From Gammaproteobacteria bacterium (GTDB taxonomy: Bacteria > Pseudomonadota > Gammaproteobacteria > JAADJB01), in assembly GCA_013151035.1 (NCBI GenBank), contig JAADJB010000009.1, positions 338 through 64,337 of the forward strand: a stretch of 64,000 nt of DNA, written 5' to 3'. Each line of letters opens with the position of its first letter. The first letter of the stretch is position 1. Below the pieces are notes generated by a model. It saw only the letters and a program-made list of their open reading frames with translations. It made no database searches and was not told the DNA's origin. A program made the position numbers and the translations under genes. This document shows, in pieces, positions 1-10,898 of the stretch.

Positions 1-130
1 CAGGGAATACTAAAACATTTACTTTGTGACTTGTGTTACCACTTGTTACAGTAACTATTGACCGAAAATCATCATCAGTAACAGAATTAAGAGATATTTT
101 ATTTATTCTTTCATAGTCATAATCTGTCAT
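1..130 (-). CDS. 5' part of a hypothetical protein running off the window start (MTDYDYERINKISLNSVTDDDFRSIV...)
   Basis: Manual translation: ATG at 130, preceded by an AGGGAG RBS, open to position 1; not in the ORF track. Confidence 0.5.
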   Translation of the reverse strand, partial: MTDYDYERINKISLNSVTDDDFRSIVTVTSGNTSHKVNVLVFP

Positions 131-224
131 TTGATCATCTCCCTATCGCAATTGCTTTTATTAAACACTGTTTTACCACTTATGTCCACATCCCCTTTTA
201 GGTGGGATAGATATAACTATCTTA

Positions 225-1133
225 CTAATCCTGTACTTCGACCTCAGCTACAACTACTTGAGGCGGCTTTGTATCCTCAACCCACAACTCCTTGATAATA
301 TTATATAAACCATCAGAAACCCCTCTCAACAAATCTAGATCATAGTCTTCTTTAAATACGAATCGTTTAGGACTATCAACACAAACAAAACCAAGCAATT
401 CTTTTTTATTAGATGCTTGATATGGGCATATAGGCACAACCATGGTACTTTTATAAGGAGGCTTCCACAGAAAGAGCCTACTAAAGAAACCACTACCTTC
501 AACCTGACCATAAGCTGCAAAACTAGAATTTTTATAGCCATACCTGAAAGGAATATTATTTTCCTTAAAATAAGGGGCCGCACCATTTTCAATTTCCTCA
601 AATATAGCTAAGAAATCAGTATTTTCTTCCACCCAATGCTTAACATTTTCATTTTTATCGTTATTGCCTCTCGCACTATCTGTACTACGACAAAATGTTG
701 TTGCCTTATACCGCTCATTAAACAAATTATCTGTATCAAGAATTAAGACTTTAATGGAAACATGACACCTTGCCGATGTTATAACATTCATTGTATGAGC
801 AAGATTATTACACAACTCTATTATAGCCGAATGTGTAAACGCGTATTTTTCTGTAGTGGTTGAGAGGTTTCTTCTATTCAGTGCATGAATTGCAGAAAAA
901 CCATTACTCATATCTTTTATAGTTTCAGCATATTTTTTATTTCTTCCCCATCTTACCCTTAAGAACAAATAAGCAGCCAGATAATAAAAAAGAAGAACCC
1001 CTATTATTAAAACCGCCAATACTCCAGATTCTTCTAAATTTGGAACTTGATTAGTCACATACCAATTTACAAAAGCTATGACACCAGCAATAGCTAAAAT
1101 GGTTTCAACTAAAGATTTTAAATATGAGCGCAT
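225..1133 (-). CDS. Hypothetical membrane protein with two N-terminal TM helices and a GAF-like C-terminus
   Basis: 302 aa ORF; two hydrophobic stretches; STMVVPI...LLGFVCVDS...F...DLDLL resembles a GAF C-terminus; AT-rich. Confidence 0.6.
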   Translation of the reverse strand: MRSYLKSLVETILAIAGVIAFVNWYVTNQVPNLEESGVLAVLIIGVLLFYYLAAYLFLRVRWGRNKKYAETIKDMSNGFSAIHALNRRNLSTTTEKYAFTHSAIIELCNNLAHTMNVITSARCHVSIKVLILDTDNLFNERYKATTFCRSTDSARGNNDKNENVKHWVEENTDFLAIFEEIENGAAPYFKENNIPFRYGYKNSSFAAYGQVEGSGFFSRLFLWKPPYKSTMVVPICPYQASNKKELLGFVCVDSPKRFVFKEDYDLDLLRGVSDGLYNIIKELWVEDTKPPQVVVAEVEVQD

Positions 1134-1399
1134 TGAGCTTCCTTGCTTTCCCTATAATTTAATTACGATTATTTTAAGCTATTCTCACATGAGAACACCT
1201 TTCTATCAAGTACGTATCCCTAATCAATCTAATCATCCACAAGAAGAATATTCCTACCACATAAAACAATTAACAGGGCAGCCAACAGCAAAAAATAAAC
1301 CCATCACCAAAAACTGTTGCCAATACGTTGCCACAAACAAAACAATAGGCCCTCCATTAATCGCGGAAAACCACAACCTATTGATATTTCCATAAAATA

Positions 1400-1476
1400 T
1401 GGTGGCTATGGGTGGACTTGAACCACCGACCCCAGCATTATGAATGCTGTGCTCTAACCAACTGAGCTACATAGCC
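1400..1476 (-). tRNA. tRNA-Met (CAT), elongator type
   Basis: GGCTATGTAGCTCAGTTGGTTAGAGC...TTCATAA...GGTTCAAGTCC...ATAGCCACCA cloverleaf with encoded CCA. Confidence 0.95.
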
Positions 1477-1568
1477 ATATTTAGAACGACCTGTGAATAC
1501 AAGCCGAATTTCTGAAGCACGAATTCTATGCGAATATCGTGCCTATGTCCAGACCGGAGAAGGCCTGT

Positions 1569-2660
1569 TTACACATTAAACAGGAAATGCATCACATCGC
1601 CATCCGCTACAATGTAATCCTTACCTTCCAGACGCAGGCGACCCGCCTTACGTGCGCCCTGTTCACCATCATGCGCGATAAAGTCCTCGTAGGAGGTTAC
1701 CTCGGCACGAATAAAGCCCTTCTCGAAGTCGGTGTGGATCACAGCGGCAGCCTTGGGTGCGGTGGCACCGACAGGAATAGTCCAGGCACGCACCTCTTTT
1801 ACCCCTGCGGTAAAATAGGTATGTAGACCCAACAAATGATAACCGGCACGAATGACGCGATTCAAACCGGGCTCGGACAGACCCAACTCATCCAAGAATT
1901 CCTTTTGTTCATCAACATCCAGCTCAACCAGTTCTGCCTCAATCGCTGCACAAACAGCAACAATCTCAGCACCCTCATCCTGTGCCTTTTTGCTCACCAG
2001 ATCCAGGTAAGGATTATTCTCAAAACCATCCTCAGCCACATTGGCGATATAAAGCACAGGTTTATTTGTCAACAGATGCAGTTCATGGATATATTCCAGC
2101 TCCGTCTCATTCAAATCCAGAAAACGAACGGCATGACCCTCATCCAGTTGTTTTTGTACCTTATCCAGTGTGACCAGGCGCGCTTTGGCATCCTTATCTC
2201 CACTCTTGGCGACCTTATTGCTACGCAGCACAGCCCGCTCGACGGCTTCCATATCCGCTAGTGCCAGCTCGGTCTCGATCACTTCAATATCACCCAAAGG
2301 ATCAATCTTGCCAGCAACGTGAATTACATTCTCATCCTCGAAACAACGGACTACATGCACGATTGCATCGGTTTCACGGATGTTACCCAGAAACTTATTA
2401 CCCAGGCCCTCACCTTTAGAGGCACCGGCAACCAGCCCGGCGATATCGACGAACTCCATTCCAGTTGGCAAAACGCGCTGGGGCTGAACTACCTCAGCCA
2501 GCTTATCCAATCGCACATCCGGTACCGGGACGATGCCCACATTCGGATCAATGGTACAAAAGGGATAGTTCTCTGCCTGTATACTCGCCTTGGTCAGGGC
2601 GTTGAATAAAGTCGATTTACCCACATTCGGTAAACCAACAATGCCACATTTGAATCCCAT
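1569..2660 (-). CDS. ychF: Redox-regulated ATPase YchF
   Basis: [28 protein letters not shown] and C-terminal TGS domain; next to pth. Confidence 0.98.
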   Translation of the reverse strand: MGFKCGIVGLPNVGKSTLFNALTKASIQAENYPFCTIDPNVGIVPVPDVRLDKLAEVVQPQRVLPTGMEFVDIAGLVAGASKGEGLGNKFLGNIRETDAIVHVVRCFEDENVIHVAGKIDPLGDIEVIETELALADMEAVERAVLRSNKVAKSGDKDAKARLVTLDKVQKQLDEGHAVRFLDLNETELEYIHELHLLTNKPVLYIANVAEDGFENNPYLDLVSKKAQDEGAEIVAVCAAIEAELVELDVDEQKEFLDELGLSEPGLNRVIRAGYHLLGLHTYFTAGVKEVRAWTIPVGATAPKAAAVIHTDFEKGFIRAEVTSYEDFIAHDGEQGARKAGRLRLEGKDYIVADGDVMHFLFNV

Positions 2661-2673
2661 ACTGTATTACCTC

Positions 2674-3249
2674 TTACTTGCTATGCAAACGATGCATCGC
2701 CTTTTCCAGATCACCATCCAACACCATCGGCAATATTGACAGTGCTGCATCAATCGACTGATCAATCGCAATCTGCTCATCCGTTGTTGGACGATGCAAA
2801 ACGTAATCAGCCACCCGATTACGATCCCCGGGATGACCTATACCAATACGCAGGCGCAAAAAATCATTACCACCCAGATGACTCACCATGTCCCGCAGAC
2901 CATTATGACCACCATGACCACCCGCTCTTTTCAGACGCGCATCGCCCGGTTCCAGATCCAGGTCATCATGCACCACCAGGATCTGTTGACGATCAATCTG
3001 AAAAAAATGAGTAGCCGCTGCAACCGACTGACCACTGCGATTCATAAAGGTATCCGGCTTTAACACCCGAAAATCATGCCCGGCACAATGAATACGCCCA
3101 AGCTCACCATGAAAACGGGTCTCACGCCGGGGCACACATTGATGTTGCAAGGCAAGCTGATCCAGCAACCAAAACCCGGCATTATGCCGGGTCGATTGGT
3201 ACTCGGAACCGGGGTTACCCAGTCCCACAATAAGCTTAATAGCGGTCAA
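2674..3249 (-). CDS. pth: Peptidyl-tRNA hydrolase
   Basis: LIVGLGNPG, TRHNAG, HDDLD, GGHNGL. Confidence 0.98.
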   Translation of the reverse strand: MTAIKLIVGLGNPGSEYQSTRHNAGFWLLDQLALQHQCVPRRETRFHGELGRIHCAGHDFRVLKPDTFMNRSGQSVAAATHFFQIDRQQILVVHDDLDLEPGDARLKRAGGHGGHNGLRDMVSHLGGNDFLRLRIGIGHPGDRNRVADYVLHRPTTDEQIAIDQSIDAALSILPMVLDGDLEKAMHRLHSK

Positions 3250-3265
3250 AAACCTCTACCTGAAC

Positions 3266-3919
3266 TTATTCTTCGCTAGCGCCATCTTCAGGAGTTTCTT
3301 CCTCTGTAGAGACTTCTTCCTCCTCATCACCACCACCACGTTTGATATGGATCGAGACAACACTCAAATCATGGTCCTCACCACGCGCAAGATCCAGGGA
3401 AATCACACCTTCAGGCAAAGTAATACTCGACAGGTGAATCGACTCACCAAGATCCAGTTCGGTAACATCAACCGCAATAAACTCGGGTAGATCCTTGGGC
3501 AGACACTCAATAAAGATATCCGTCGCATCATGTGACAACAGACCACCACCTTGCTTAACACCCTTGGCCTCTTCCCCACCGGTAATATGAACAGGCACAT
3601 GGACATGCAACTTCTTGTTCATATCGACACGTAATAGATCAATATGCATAATAACAGGCTTACTGGGATGACGTTGCACATCACGCAAGACTGCCGGCTG
3701 CTTATCACCCGCAATATCAACGGTCAGGATATGCGAATAAAAAGCCTCATGCTCCAGACTATGAAAGATCTGATTATGGCTCAGGGTCAGGGACTGTGGA
3801 TCCTTACCAGCACCATAGATAATGGCAGGGATCTTGCCAACGTGACGCAGGCGGCGGCTCGCACCCTTACCCATGTCCTCACGCAACTCGGCATCTAATT
3901 CAAAATTTACACGACTCAT
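3266..3919 (-). CDS. rplY: 50S ribosomal protein L25/Ctc (long form)
   Basis: [20 protein letters not shown]; prs-rplY-pth synteny. Confidence 0.97.
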   Translation of the reverse strand: MSRVNFELDAELREDMGKGASRRLRHVGKIPAIIYGAGKDPQSLTLSHNQIFHSLEHEAFYSHILTVDIAGDKQPAVLRDVQRHPSKPVIMHIDLLRVDMNKKLHVHVPVHITGGEEAKGVKQGGGLLSHDATDIFIECLPKDLPEFIAVDVTELDLGESIHLSSITLPEGVISLDLARGEDHDLSVVSIHIKRGGGDEEEEVSTEEETPEDGASEE

Positions 3920-3929
3920 CTTACTTCTC

Positions 3930-4010
3930 CTAATAACGACTGCCTTGGCAGTCTGAATACACCTGCCCGCGACCAGGGAGGTGATAAAAAGGTGGGAAAC
4001 CCCAACCTCA
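3930..4010 (-). promoter_or_regulatory. Possible structured L25 ribosomal leader upstream of rplY
   Basis: Hairpins (GACTGCC-AA-GGCAGTC) and a CTGGTCGC motif in the 5' region; resemblance from memory only, boundaries approximate. Confidence 0.3.
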
Positions 4011-4016
4011 AAAAAA

Positions 4017-4976
4017 TTAATCCATATACAAGGTACTCACCGATTCCTCGGCACTGATACGACGCATGGTCTCTCCCAGCATCTCGGCAATACTCAACTG
4101 ACGTATGCAGGGGCACTGTTCAGCCTCTTTACTCAACGGGATGGTGTTAGTTACCACCAACTCATCCAGCTCTGAATTTGTCACATTCTCAATTGCTGCC
4201 CCTGACAACACCGCATGGGTACAATAGGCCACCACCTTCACCGCACCACGTTCCTTCAGCGCACTAGCTGCCGCACACAAGGTACCCGCGGTATCCACCA
4301 GATCATCCACCAGAACACAGGTACGCCCCTTAACCTCGCCAATGATGTGCATAATCTTGGCTTCATTAGGTCGTGGCCGACGCTTGTCAATAATCGCCAG
4401 ATCGGCATCATCCAGACGTTTGGCCATAGCACGCGCACGAACCACACCACCCACATCCGGTGACACCACCATCAAATCAGGATATTTCTGGCGCCAGATA
4501 TCCCCCAACAGGATCGGTGATGCATAGACATTATCCACCGGTACCGAGAAAAACCCCTGTATTTGATCCGCATGCAGATCTATCGTTAATACGCGATCAG
4601 CACCCACATTACCAATCATCTGCGCCACCACTCTGGCTGTAATCGGCACTCGCAGGGCACGCGGTCGACGATCCTGCCGGGCATAACCGAAATAAGGGAT
4701 GACTGTCGTCACACGCCAGGCCGAGGCACGACGTAATGCATCCACCATAATCAGTAATTCCATCAGATTATCATTGGTCGGCGCACAGGTCGGTTGCACA
4801 ATAAAGACATCCTTGCCACGCACATTCTCGGATATCTCGACCTGAAGCTCGCCATCACTGAAACTGCCGACCACTGCACGGCCCAGCGGTATCTTCAAGT
4901 GATCAACAATAGCCTGCGCCAGCACCGGGTTTGCCGTTCCGGTAAAAACCACCATCTGATTATCAGTGTCTGACAC
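4017..4976 (-). CDS. prs: Ribose-phosphate pyrophosphokinase
   Basis: [32 protein letters not shown]. Confidence 0.98.
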   Translation of the reverse strand: MSDTDNQMVVFTGTANPVLAQAIVDHLKIPLGRAVVGSFSDGELQVEISENVRGKDVFIVQPTCAPTNDNLMELLIMVDALRRASAWRVTTVIPYFGYARQDRRPRALRVPITARVVAQMIGNVGADRVLTIDLHADQIQGFFSVPVDNVYASPILLGDIWRQKYPDLMVVSPDVGGVVRARAMAKRLDDADLAIIDKRRPRPNEAKIMHIIGEVKGRTCVLVDDLVDTAGTLCAAASALKERGAVKVVAYCTHAVLSGAAIENVTNSELDELVVTNTIPLSKEAEQCPCIRQLSIAEMLGETMRRISAEESVSTLYMD

Positions 4977-5015
4977 GGTTCAACCCTCTTAACGTCTTCA
5001 TTAATTACTTGTAAT

Positions 5016-5091
5016 TGGCTGGGGCGGCAGGACTCGAACCTGCGAGTGCTGGGATCAAAACCCAGTGCCTTAACCGCTTGGCCACGCCCCA
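5016..5091 (-). tRNA. tRNA-Gln (TTG)
   Basis: TGGGGCGTGGCCAAGCGGTTAAGGC...TTTTGAT...GGTTCGAGTCC...CCCAGCCA; usual ispE-tRNA-Gln-prs position. Confidence 0.95.
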
Positions 5092-5970
5092 TTATAAACC
5101 CTGATCTGCCAACGCTCCATATAATGGTGAGCGATTACGAGCAACAGCAACAAAACTCTGCCACCCCCAGGGTAATTTTTCCTGCACACGACAAGCACTG
5201 GCATGATCCGCAAAGGAGGCAAAGATACCGCCGCCGGTACCCGTCATCCGTGCTGGTGCATATTGCGCTAACCAATCAATAGCATCCGCTACCAATGGAT
5301 AGTGTTTACGCACTACCGATTCACAATCATTTCCAAGCTTGTTAGCATGAAGGTCGCATATTTTGATGGTCTGTGAATCCCGTGTCAATTCAGAATCGGA
5401 AAAAATCTTGGCTGTAGAGACATTTACCGGCGGAATTAGCACCAAAAACCAGGGTTCTGGCAACTCAACCGGGGTTAATTTCTCACCCACACCCTCGGCA
5501 AATGCCGCCATACCCCGTACAAAGACCGGCACATCTGCGCCCAGTTTCAGCCCCAGAATAGCCAGCTCATCAACAGATAACTCTATGTTCCATAAGCGAT
5601 TTAACACCACAAGCACCGTCGCCGCATCTGAACTCCCACCGCCCAGACCTGCTCCCATAGGCAGACATTTATTCAGCTCAATATCGACCCCATGTTCAAT
5701 CGCAAATGCCTGTTGCAATATTTTTGCGGCCCGCACACATAAATCCTGCTCAACAGGCACTCCAACCGGCCCCTGATGACGAGATATCTGTCCATCAGCC
5801 CGATGTCTTAAGATTAACTCATCACTATAATCAATAAACTGGAACACCGTTTGCAGATCATGCATGCCATCGGCACGACGACCGGTAATGTGCAAAAACA
5901 GGTTTAATTTAGCCGGTGCCGGCCAAGGGCCAGAGGGCTCAAGCTGATCATAATAGGCCGATTTATTCAT
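5092..5970 (-). CDS. ispE: 4-diphosphocytidyl-2-C-methyl-D-erythritol kinase
   Basis: PAPAKLNLFLHI, PMGAGLGGGSSDAA, LGADVP. Confidence 0.97.
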   Translation of the reverse strand: MNKSAYYDQLEPSGPWPAPAKLNLFLHITGRRADGMHDLQTVFQFIDYSDELILRHRADGQISRHQGPVGVPVEQDLCVRAAKILQQAFAIEHGVDIELNKCLPMGAGLGGGSSDAATVLVVLNRLWNIELSVDELAILGLKLGADVPVFVRGMAAFAEGVGEKLTPVELPEPWFLVLIPPVNVSTAKIFSDSELTRDSQTIKICDLHANKLGNDCESVVRKHYPLVADAIDWLAQYAPARMTGTGGGIFASFADHASACRVQEKLPWGWQSFVAVARNRSPLYGALADQGL

Positions 5971-6550
5971 GCCTCGAGCTCAACAACGGCTCCAGCTGAT
6001 CAATAACAAGACGCAACTCCACATCCTTGCCCTGTAAATAAATCAGACGAGGAACCACATAGCCATTGATCACCTGATAACGTTTATAATGAATAATCCA
6101 ACCATCCTGCACAACACTCACAGGGCGACCTTGTGCATCCAGGGTTTGCTCATCCGCCTTGATAACAGTGTAATCTGCCAGCACCCAATAACGTAACCTT
6201 GATAACGGCAGACGCATTCCGGTTTGATTGTAGAGTAACTGTTCCGCACTCGCTGCCACCTGCTGATGACCATCACTATCGGTCAGGTGTGCCTGCTGTT
6301 CGTCCACATCAATTCTAATCGTACCCACACCCAATGGCCCCTGTAACACCATATTGTATGTTGTTGGATATTGTTGCCAACGCAGACTGACATTCCAGTT
6401 TTTATCCTGATAACGCAGAGCCATACGTCCCTGTAAACGCCACTGCGTCCAGTCCAGCGGTTCCCAGGCCGTCACTGGTGGCACCTGCGGAATAGTGCTA
6501 CAGGCAACCAGACCTAATGATAGAAAAAAAACCCGAAAAAATAAACTCAT
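5963..6550 (-). CDS. lolB: Outer-membrane lipoprotein insertion protein LolB
   Basis: Lipobox LVAC, GPLG, LPLSRLRYW, GWIIHY; upstream of ispE. Confidence 0.9.
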   Translation of the reverse strand: MSLFFRVFFLSLGLVACSTIPQVPPVTAWEPLDWTQWRLQGRMALRYQDKNWNVSLRWQQYPTTYNMVLQGPLGVGTIRIDVDEQQAHLTDSDGHQQVAASAEQLLYNQTGMRLPLSRLRYWVLADYTVIKADEQTLDAQGRPVSVVQDGWIIHYKRYQVINGYVVPRLIYLQGKDVELRLVIDQLEPLLSSRHE

Positions 6551-8316
6551 GGTAGAAATCGCTGCATCACCTCTTGTAGATAGGGGTCATCCGGAAATTG
6601 CTGCAAACTATCACGCCATATCTGCTCTGCTTCCTGTTGTCTCTCCAACATCCACAAGATTTCCCCCAGATGGGCTGCAATCTCAGCCTCAGCAGTAATG
6701 GCATAGGCCTGTTGCAGATATTCCAGTGCCTGCTGATAATTACCCAGACGATAATAAGCCCAACCCATACTATCAATAACCGCCTGATTATCAGGCATCA
6801 GAGCCAATGCACGTTCAATGTAGATAAAAGCCTCCTGATAACGATCTGTCTTTTCCAACAGAAGGTAACCCAGGGTATTCAATGCACTGCCGTCCTCTGG
6901 ACGTAACTCAAGAAAGGCCTTCAAATCTTCTTCAGCACGTTTTACCTGCCCAGCCTGCATTGCTGCCTCTGCACGACCATAGAGTAAGGTTAAATCATTC
7001 TGCCATCGACCCAGACCCTGACTAAAGACATCAATCGCATCCTCATAGCGAGCAGCACGCATCAACAAACCACTCTCGACAATTAACAAGCGTCTAATAG
7101 CCTGTGGTTGCTCCTTACCCATGCCACGTAATAAATTACGCGCCTCTGTCAATGCACCACGTTGCTGCAACAAAGCAGCCCGCTGGATAATCGCCTCAAC
7201 CCTGAATTTACCCTGCGTAACCTTCTCCAGCCATTGCTCGGCCTGGGTCCCTTGACCTGACTTTTGTGCCACCAGTCCCATATAGTAATAGGCATTAAAA
7301 CGCGCACTATTTTTTAATGCCATCATGCGGGCAAAATAACCTGTGGCAACCTCCATGCGTTTATCTTCCAGCGCAAACAGACCGAGTGCTGTCAAGGAGT
7401 CAGCATCTTCCGGCTGCCTTGATAACACCCACAAAAATTGTTCACTGGCGGCCTGTAGCTGCTTATCCAGCATCAATAACTGACCATAGAAACGATGCAA
7501 AACAAGCGAATCTGGCAGACGCTTCAGTGCCAGCATTAATTCTTCCAGTGCCTGAGATTTTTTACCGGCACCAATCTGAGCCTGAATCGACAGTACAATA
7601 GCGTCTTCCCATTGTGGTCGAAGCATCATAGCTTGCTGTGCATGTTCTTGTGCCAGGACATATAACTCCGATTGCAAACTGACACGCGCATACATCAGAT
7701 GGGCTGATGCATCCTGTGGGAACAATTCCAGCAAGCCAGCCATAAGCTCCATCACCAGCAAGGGATCACTATCACTCAAGATATCCTGTAGTCCTTGATA
7801 GACCTCATCTCTGTTTTCTGCTGTCTTGAGCAAATAAACCAGATGTTCAAGCGCCTCATCACCTTGCCCGGTACGCATCGACAAATAAACCAGGGAACGT
7901 CTAAGTTCAGGATTATCCGGCTGCAGGGCAATCCAGTGCTTTGCTACCTTCAAAGCCGCAGCATATTCCCGTGCATACAGTGTAATACGCATCGCCCTGG
8001 CAGATAATCTTGGATCCTGTGAAGCCAGTGCAGCAGCGATATAATGACGGGAAGAAACCCCGATATAACCGCGCTTACCTGCAATCTCTGCCAAAAGAAT
8101 ATCGTACAACGCCTTGCCACCGAGCACTTCCTGTGGCCATAACTCCGCTGGATCAGATGCCAACACCCGTTTTTCAGGTACTTCAAGTGAGCGATTTGAA
8201 GAAGCGGGTTGCAACGCACATCCTCCTTGCACCACCAATATCAGAGGGAAACCAAGCATCACCAGTAATCGTCTTATCCCTGTTGTTCTTTTCATTAATC
8301 TCAATCTATACCCCAA
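6547..8316 (-). CDS. Tetratricopeptide-repeat lipoprotein
   Basis: TPR repeats (ALNTLGY, IDSMGWAYYRLG, EIAAHLGE); conserved position between hemA and lolB. Confidence 0.9.
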   Translation of the reverse strand: MGYRLRLMKRTTGIRRLLVMLGFPLILVVQGGCALQPASSNRSLEVPEKRVLASDPAELWPQEVLGGKALYDILLAEIAGKRGYIGVSSRHYIAAALASQDPRLSARAMRITLYAREYAAALKVAKHWIALQPDNPELRRSLVYLSMRTGQGDEALEHLVYLLKTAENRDEVYQGLQDILSDSDPLLVMELMAGLLELFPQDASAHLMYARVSLQSELYVLAQEHAQQAMMLRPQWEDAIVLSIQAQIGAGKKSQALEELMLALKRLPDSLVLHRFYGQLLMLDKQLQAASEQFLWVLSRQPEDADSLTALGLFALEDKRMEVATGYFARMMALKNSARFNAYYYMGLVAQKSGQGTQAEQWLEKVTQGKFRVEAIIQRAALLQQRGALTEARNLLRGMGKEQPQAIRRLLIVESGLLMRAARYEDAIDVFSQGLGRWQNDLTLLYGRAEAAMQAGQVKRAEEDLKAFLELRPEDGSALNTLGYLLLEKTDRYQEAFIYIERALALMPDNQAVIDSMGWAYYRLGNYQQALEYLQQAYAITAEAEIAAHLGEILWMLERQQEAEQIWRDSLQQFPDDPYLQEVMQRFLP

Positions 8317-8413
8317 AAATCCACACAGTCATGCAATATGCAGACTAAACGTATACAATACACGCTTTTAGTACCAAACCAGTATAATTCACACTAACAT
8401 CCAGATAAACCTC

Positions 8414-9670
8414 ATGCCTCTCATTGCGCTCGGCCTCAATCATCAAACAGCACCCGTGGACATCCGCGAAAAGGTCGCCTTTTCGCCTGTGCAAATGAAT
8501 GAAGCACTACAACAACTATCAACCCAACCGGGTGTTCATGAGGTCGCTATTCTATCAACCTGCAACCGCATGGAGATCTATTGTAGTGGAGATGAAGCGG
8601 CAGACAAGGCAATCACTGACTGGATCACACGCTTTCACAACATTGACATCAACAAACTCACTCCGTTCCTCTACCAGCATCGTGACCAGGGTGCTATTCA
8701 ACATCTGCTTCAAGTAGCCACCGGGCTAAACTCCATGATCCTGGGTGAACCACAGATCCTCGGACAGGTTAAGGCCTCCTATCAGGATGCCTTGCGTGCC
8801 GGTTGTATGCACAATCTGCTCGGCAAATTATTTCAACATACCTTTTCTGTTGCCAAGCAGGTACGTACAGATACTGCCATTGGCTCTAGCCCGGTCTCTG
8901 TTGCCTTTGCTGCTGTTAGCCTGGCACGACAGATATTTGGTGACTTGAACAATAAAACAGCCTTGCTTGTCGGTGCCGGTGAAACCATAGAACTGACCGC
9001 CAGGCATCTACATCAACATGGTCTCAACAAGATGATTGTTGCCAATCGCACCGTTCAACGCGCCCATACCCTGGCGACTCAATTTGATGCCTATGCGATT
9101 AGCCTGTCAGAGATGCCAGACCACCTACCTGAAGCCGACATAGTTATCTCATCAACGGCAAGCCCATTACCCATTCTCGGCAAGGGCATGGTTGAACGCG
9201 TACTCAAACAACGTAAACGACAACCCATTTTCATGGTGGATCTTGCTGTACCGAGGGATATTGAACCTGAAATTGGTGATCTGGCAGACATCTACCTGTA
9301 CACCGTCGATGACCTGCAAGAGGTCATTCAAGACAACCTCCAGTCGCGACAAGAAGCCGCCAAACAGGCACAGGAAATTGTTGACAACCGCACCGAGGAT
9401 TTTCTTGGCTGGATACGCTCACTACAATCTGTCTCCACCATACGCGACTATCGCAACCATGCCGAAAAGCAACGTGATCTTGTCCTGCAAACAGCCCGGC
9501 AGCAATTAAACAACGGCAAGGATCCCGAACAGGTATTACAATATATGGCTCATACCTTAACCAACAAGCTCATCCATGAACCCAGTACACAACTGCGCCA
9601 GGCGGGCTACGATGGTGAGACCGATTTTATTGCCATGGCACGCAAATTACTGATAGCGAAAGACCGCTGA
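8414..9670 (+). CDS. hemA: Glutamyl-tRNA reductase
   Basis: [29 protein letters not shown]. Confidence 0.98.
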   Translation: MPLIALGLNHQTAPVDIREKVAFSPVQMNEALQQLSTQPGVHEVAILSTCNRMEIYCSGDEAADKAITDWITRFHNIDINKLTPFLYQHRDQGAIQHLLQVATGLNSMILGEPQILGQVKASYQDALRAGCMHNLLGKLFQHTFSVAKQVRTDTAIGSSPVSVAFAAVSLARQIFGDLNNKTALLVGAGETIELTARHLHQHGLNKMIVANRTVQRAHTLATQFDAYAISLSEMPDHLPEADIVISSTASPLPILGKGMVERVLKQRKRQPIFMVDLAVPRDIEPEIGDLADIYLYTVDDLQEVIQDNLQSRQEAAKQAQEIVDNRTEDFLGWIRSLQSVSTIRDYRNHAEKQRDLVLQTARQQLNNGKDPEQVLQYMAHTLTNKLIHEPSTQLRQAGYDGETDFIAMARKLLIAKDR

Positions 9671-9680
9671 GGAAACGCTG

Positions 9681-10766
9681 ATTAACACATCAATTAACCG
9701 CAAACTGGAGACCCTGTCTGAACGCTTTATCGAACTGGGTGCTTTATTATCCTCACCCGAGATCATTGCTGATCAGAATCAGTTTCGTGAGTTTTCCAAA
9801 GAATATGCACAACTAACCCCGGTAGTAAAATGCTTTGAGGAACATCAACAGGCTGCGAAAGACCAACAAGAAGCCGAGGAAATGAGCAAGGACCCTGACC
9901 CAGAACTGCGTGAGATGGCAGAAGAAGAACTGGCTATCAGCAAACAACGTCAACAAGAACTCTCGCTCGAACTACAAAAACTGTTATTACCCGTCGACCC
10001 CAATGACCAGCGCAGCGTATTCCTTGAGATCCGTGCCGGAACCGGCGGTGATGAGGCCGCTATCTTTGCTGGCAACCTGTTCCGTATGTATAGCTACTAT
10101 GCCGAACAACATCGCTGGCCGGTTGAGATTCTCAGCGAAAACGCAGGTGAACACGGTGGCTATAAAGAGATTATTGCGCGTATTAAAGGTGAGGGTGCCT
10201 ATTCCAGGCTCAAATTCGAATCCGGTGTACACCGGGTTCAACGCGTCCCCGAGACCGAATCCCAGGGACGTGTTCATACCTCGGCTGCCACTGTTGCCGT
10301 CATGCCCGAGATTGAGGAAAGCGAGGCCGTCGATATTAATCCGTCTGATTTACGCATTGATACCTATCGTGCCTCCGGCGCCGGTGGTCAGCACATCAAC
10401 AAGACCGATTCCGCGGTACGCATTACTCATCTACCCAGTGGTATCGTTGTCGAATGTCAGGACGAGCGCTCCCAGCACAAAAATCGCGCCCGTGCCATGT
10501 CCCTGCTGACCTCCAGGATGGAGACCATCGAACGAGACAAACAACAGGCGGAACAGGCACAAACACGCCGCCAACTGGTAGGTAGTGGTGATCGTTCCGA
10601 ACGCATCCGTACCTATAACTACCCCCAGGGGCGCGTGACTGACCATCGTATTAATCTAACCTTATACAAACTGGATGAGGTTTTACAGGGCAAGATTGAT
10701 CTGATTATTGATCCGCTGACCAATGAAGATCAGGCTGATCGACTAACTGAATTACAACAGGGTTAG
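9681..10766 (+). CDS. prfA: Peptide chain release factor 1; inferred non-canonical start (ATT 9681 or CTG 9678)
   Basis: PET and GGQ motifs; RF1-like sequence ([16 protein letters not shown]...[16 protein letters not shown]) extends 67 codons upstream of the ORF-track start at 9882. Confidence 0.93.
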   Translation: MNTSINRKLETLSERFIELGALLSSPEIIADQNQFREFSKEYAQLTPVVKCFEEHQQAAKDQQEAEEMSKDPDPELREMAEEELAISKQRQQELSLELQKLLLPVDPNDQRSVFLEIRAGTGGDEAAIFAGNLFRMYSYYAEQHRWPVEILSENAGEHGGYKEIIARIKGEGAYSRLKFESGVHRVQRVPETESQGRVHTSAATVAVMPEIEESEAVDINPSDLRIDTYRASGAGGQHINKTDSAVRITHLPSGIVVECQDERSQHKNRARAMSLLTSRMETIERDKQQAEQAQTRRQLVGSGDRSERIRTYNYPQGRVTDHRINLTLYKLDEVLQGKIDLIIDPLTNEDQADRLTELQQG

Positions 10767-10772
10767 AATCTA

Positions 10773-10852
10773 TGGTGCGTAGTACGCACCCTACCGTCAT
10801 TTGCGATACCGACACACCGAATAGCGGTCATTCCCGCGTAGGCGGGAATCCA
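10773..10852. repeat. Composite REP-like site: GTAG-type palindrome (10773-10794) and GTCATTCCCGC-type palindrome (10827-10852)
   Basis: TGGTGCGTAGTACGCACCCTAC and GTCATTCCCGCGTAGGCGGGAATCCA; related copies at 13344, 41655 and 50381. Confidence 0.8.
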
Positions 10853-10898
10853 TTATGATGCAGTATGTTAAGTATCCTCTTATAGCGAGCAATACGTT

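Noticed and set aside
9882-10766. ORF-track prfA of 294 aa as a truncated gene or pseudogene
   Set aside because: The frame is open and RF1-like from about 9678; only a canonical start codon is missing
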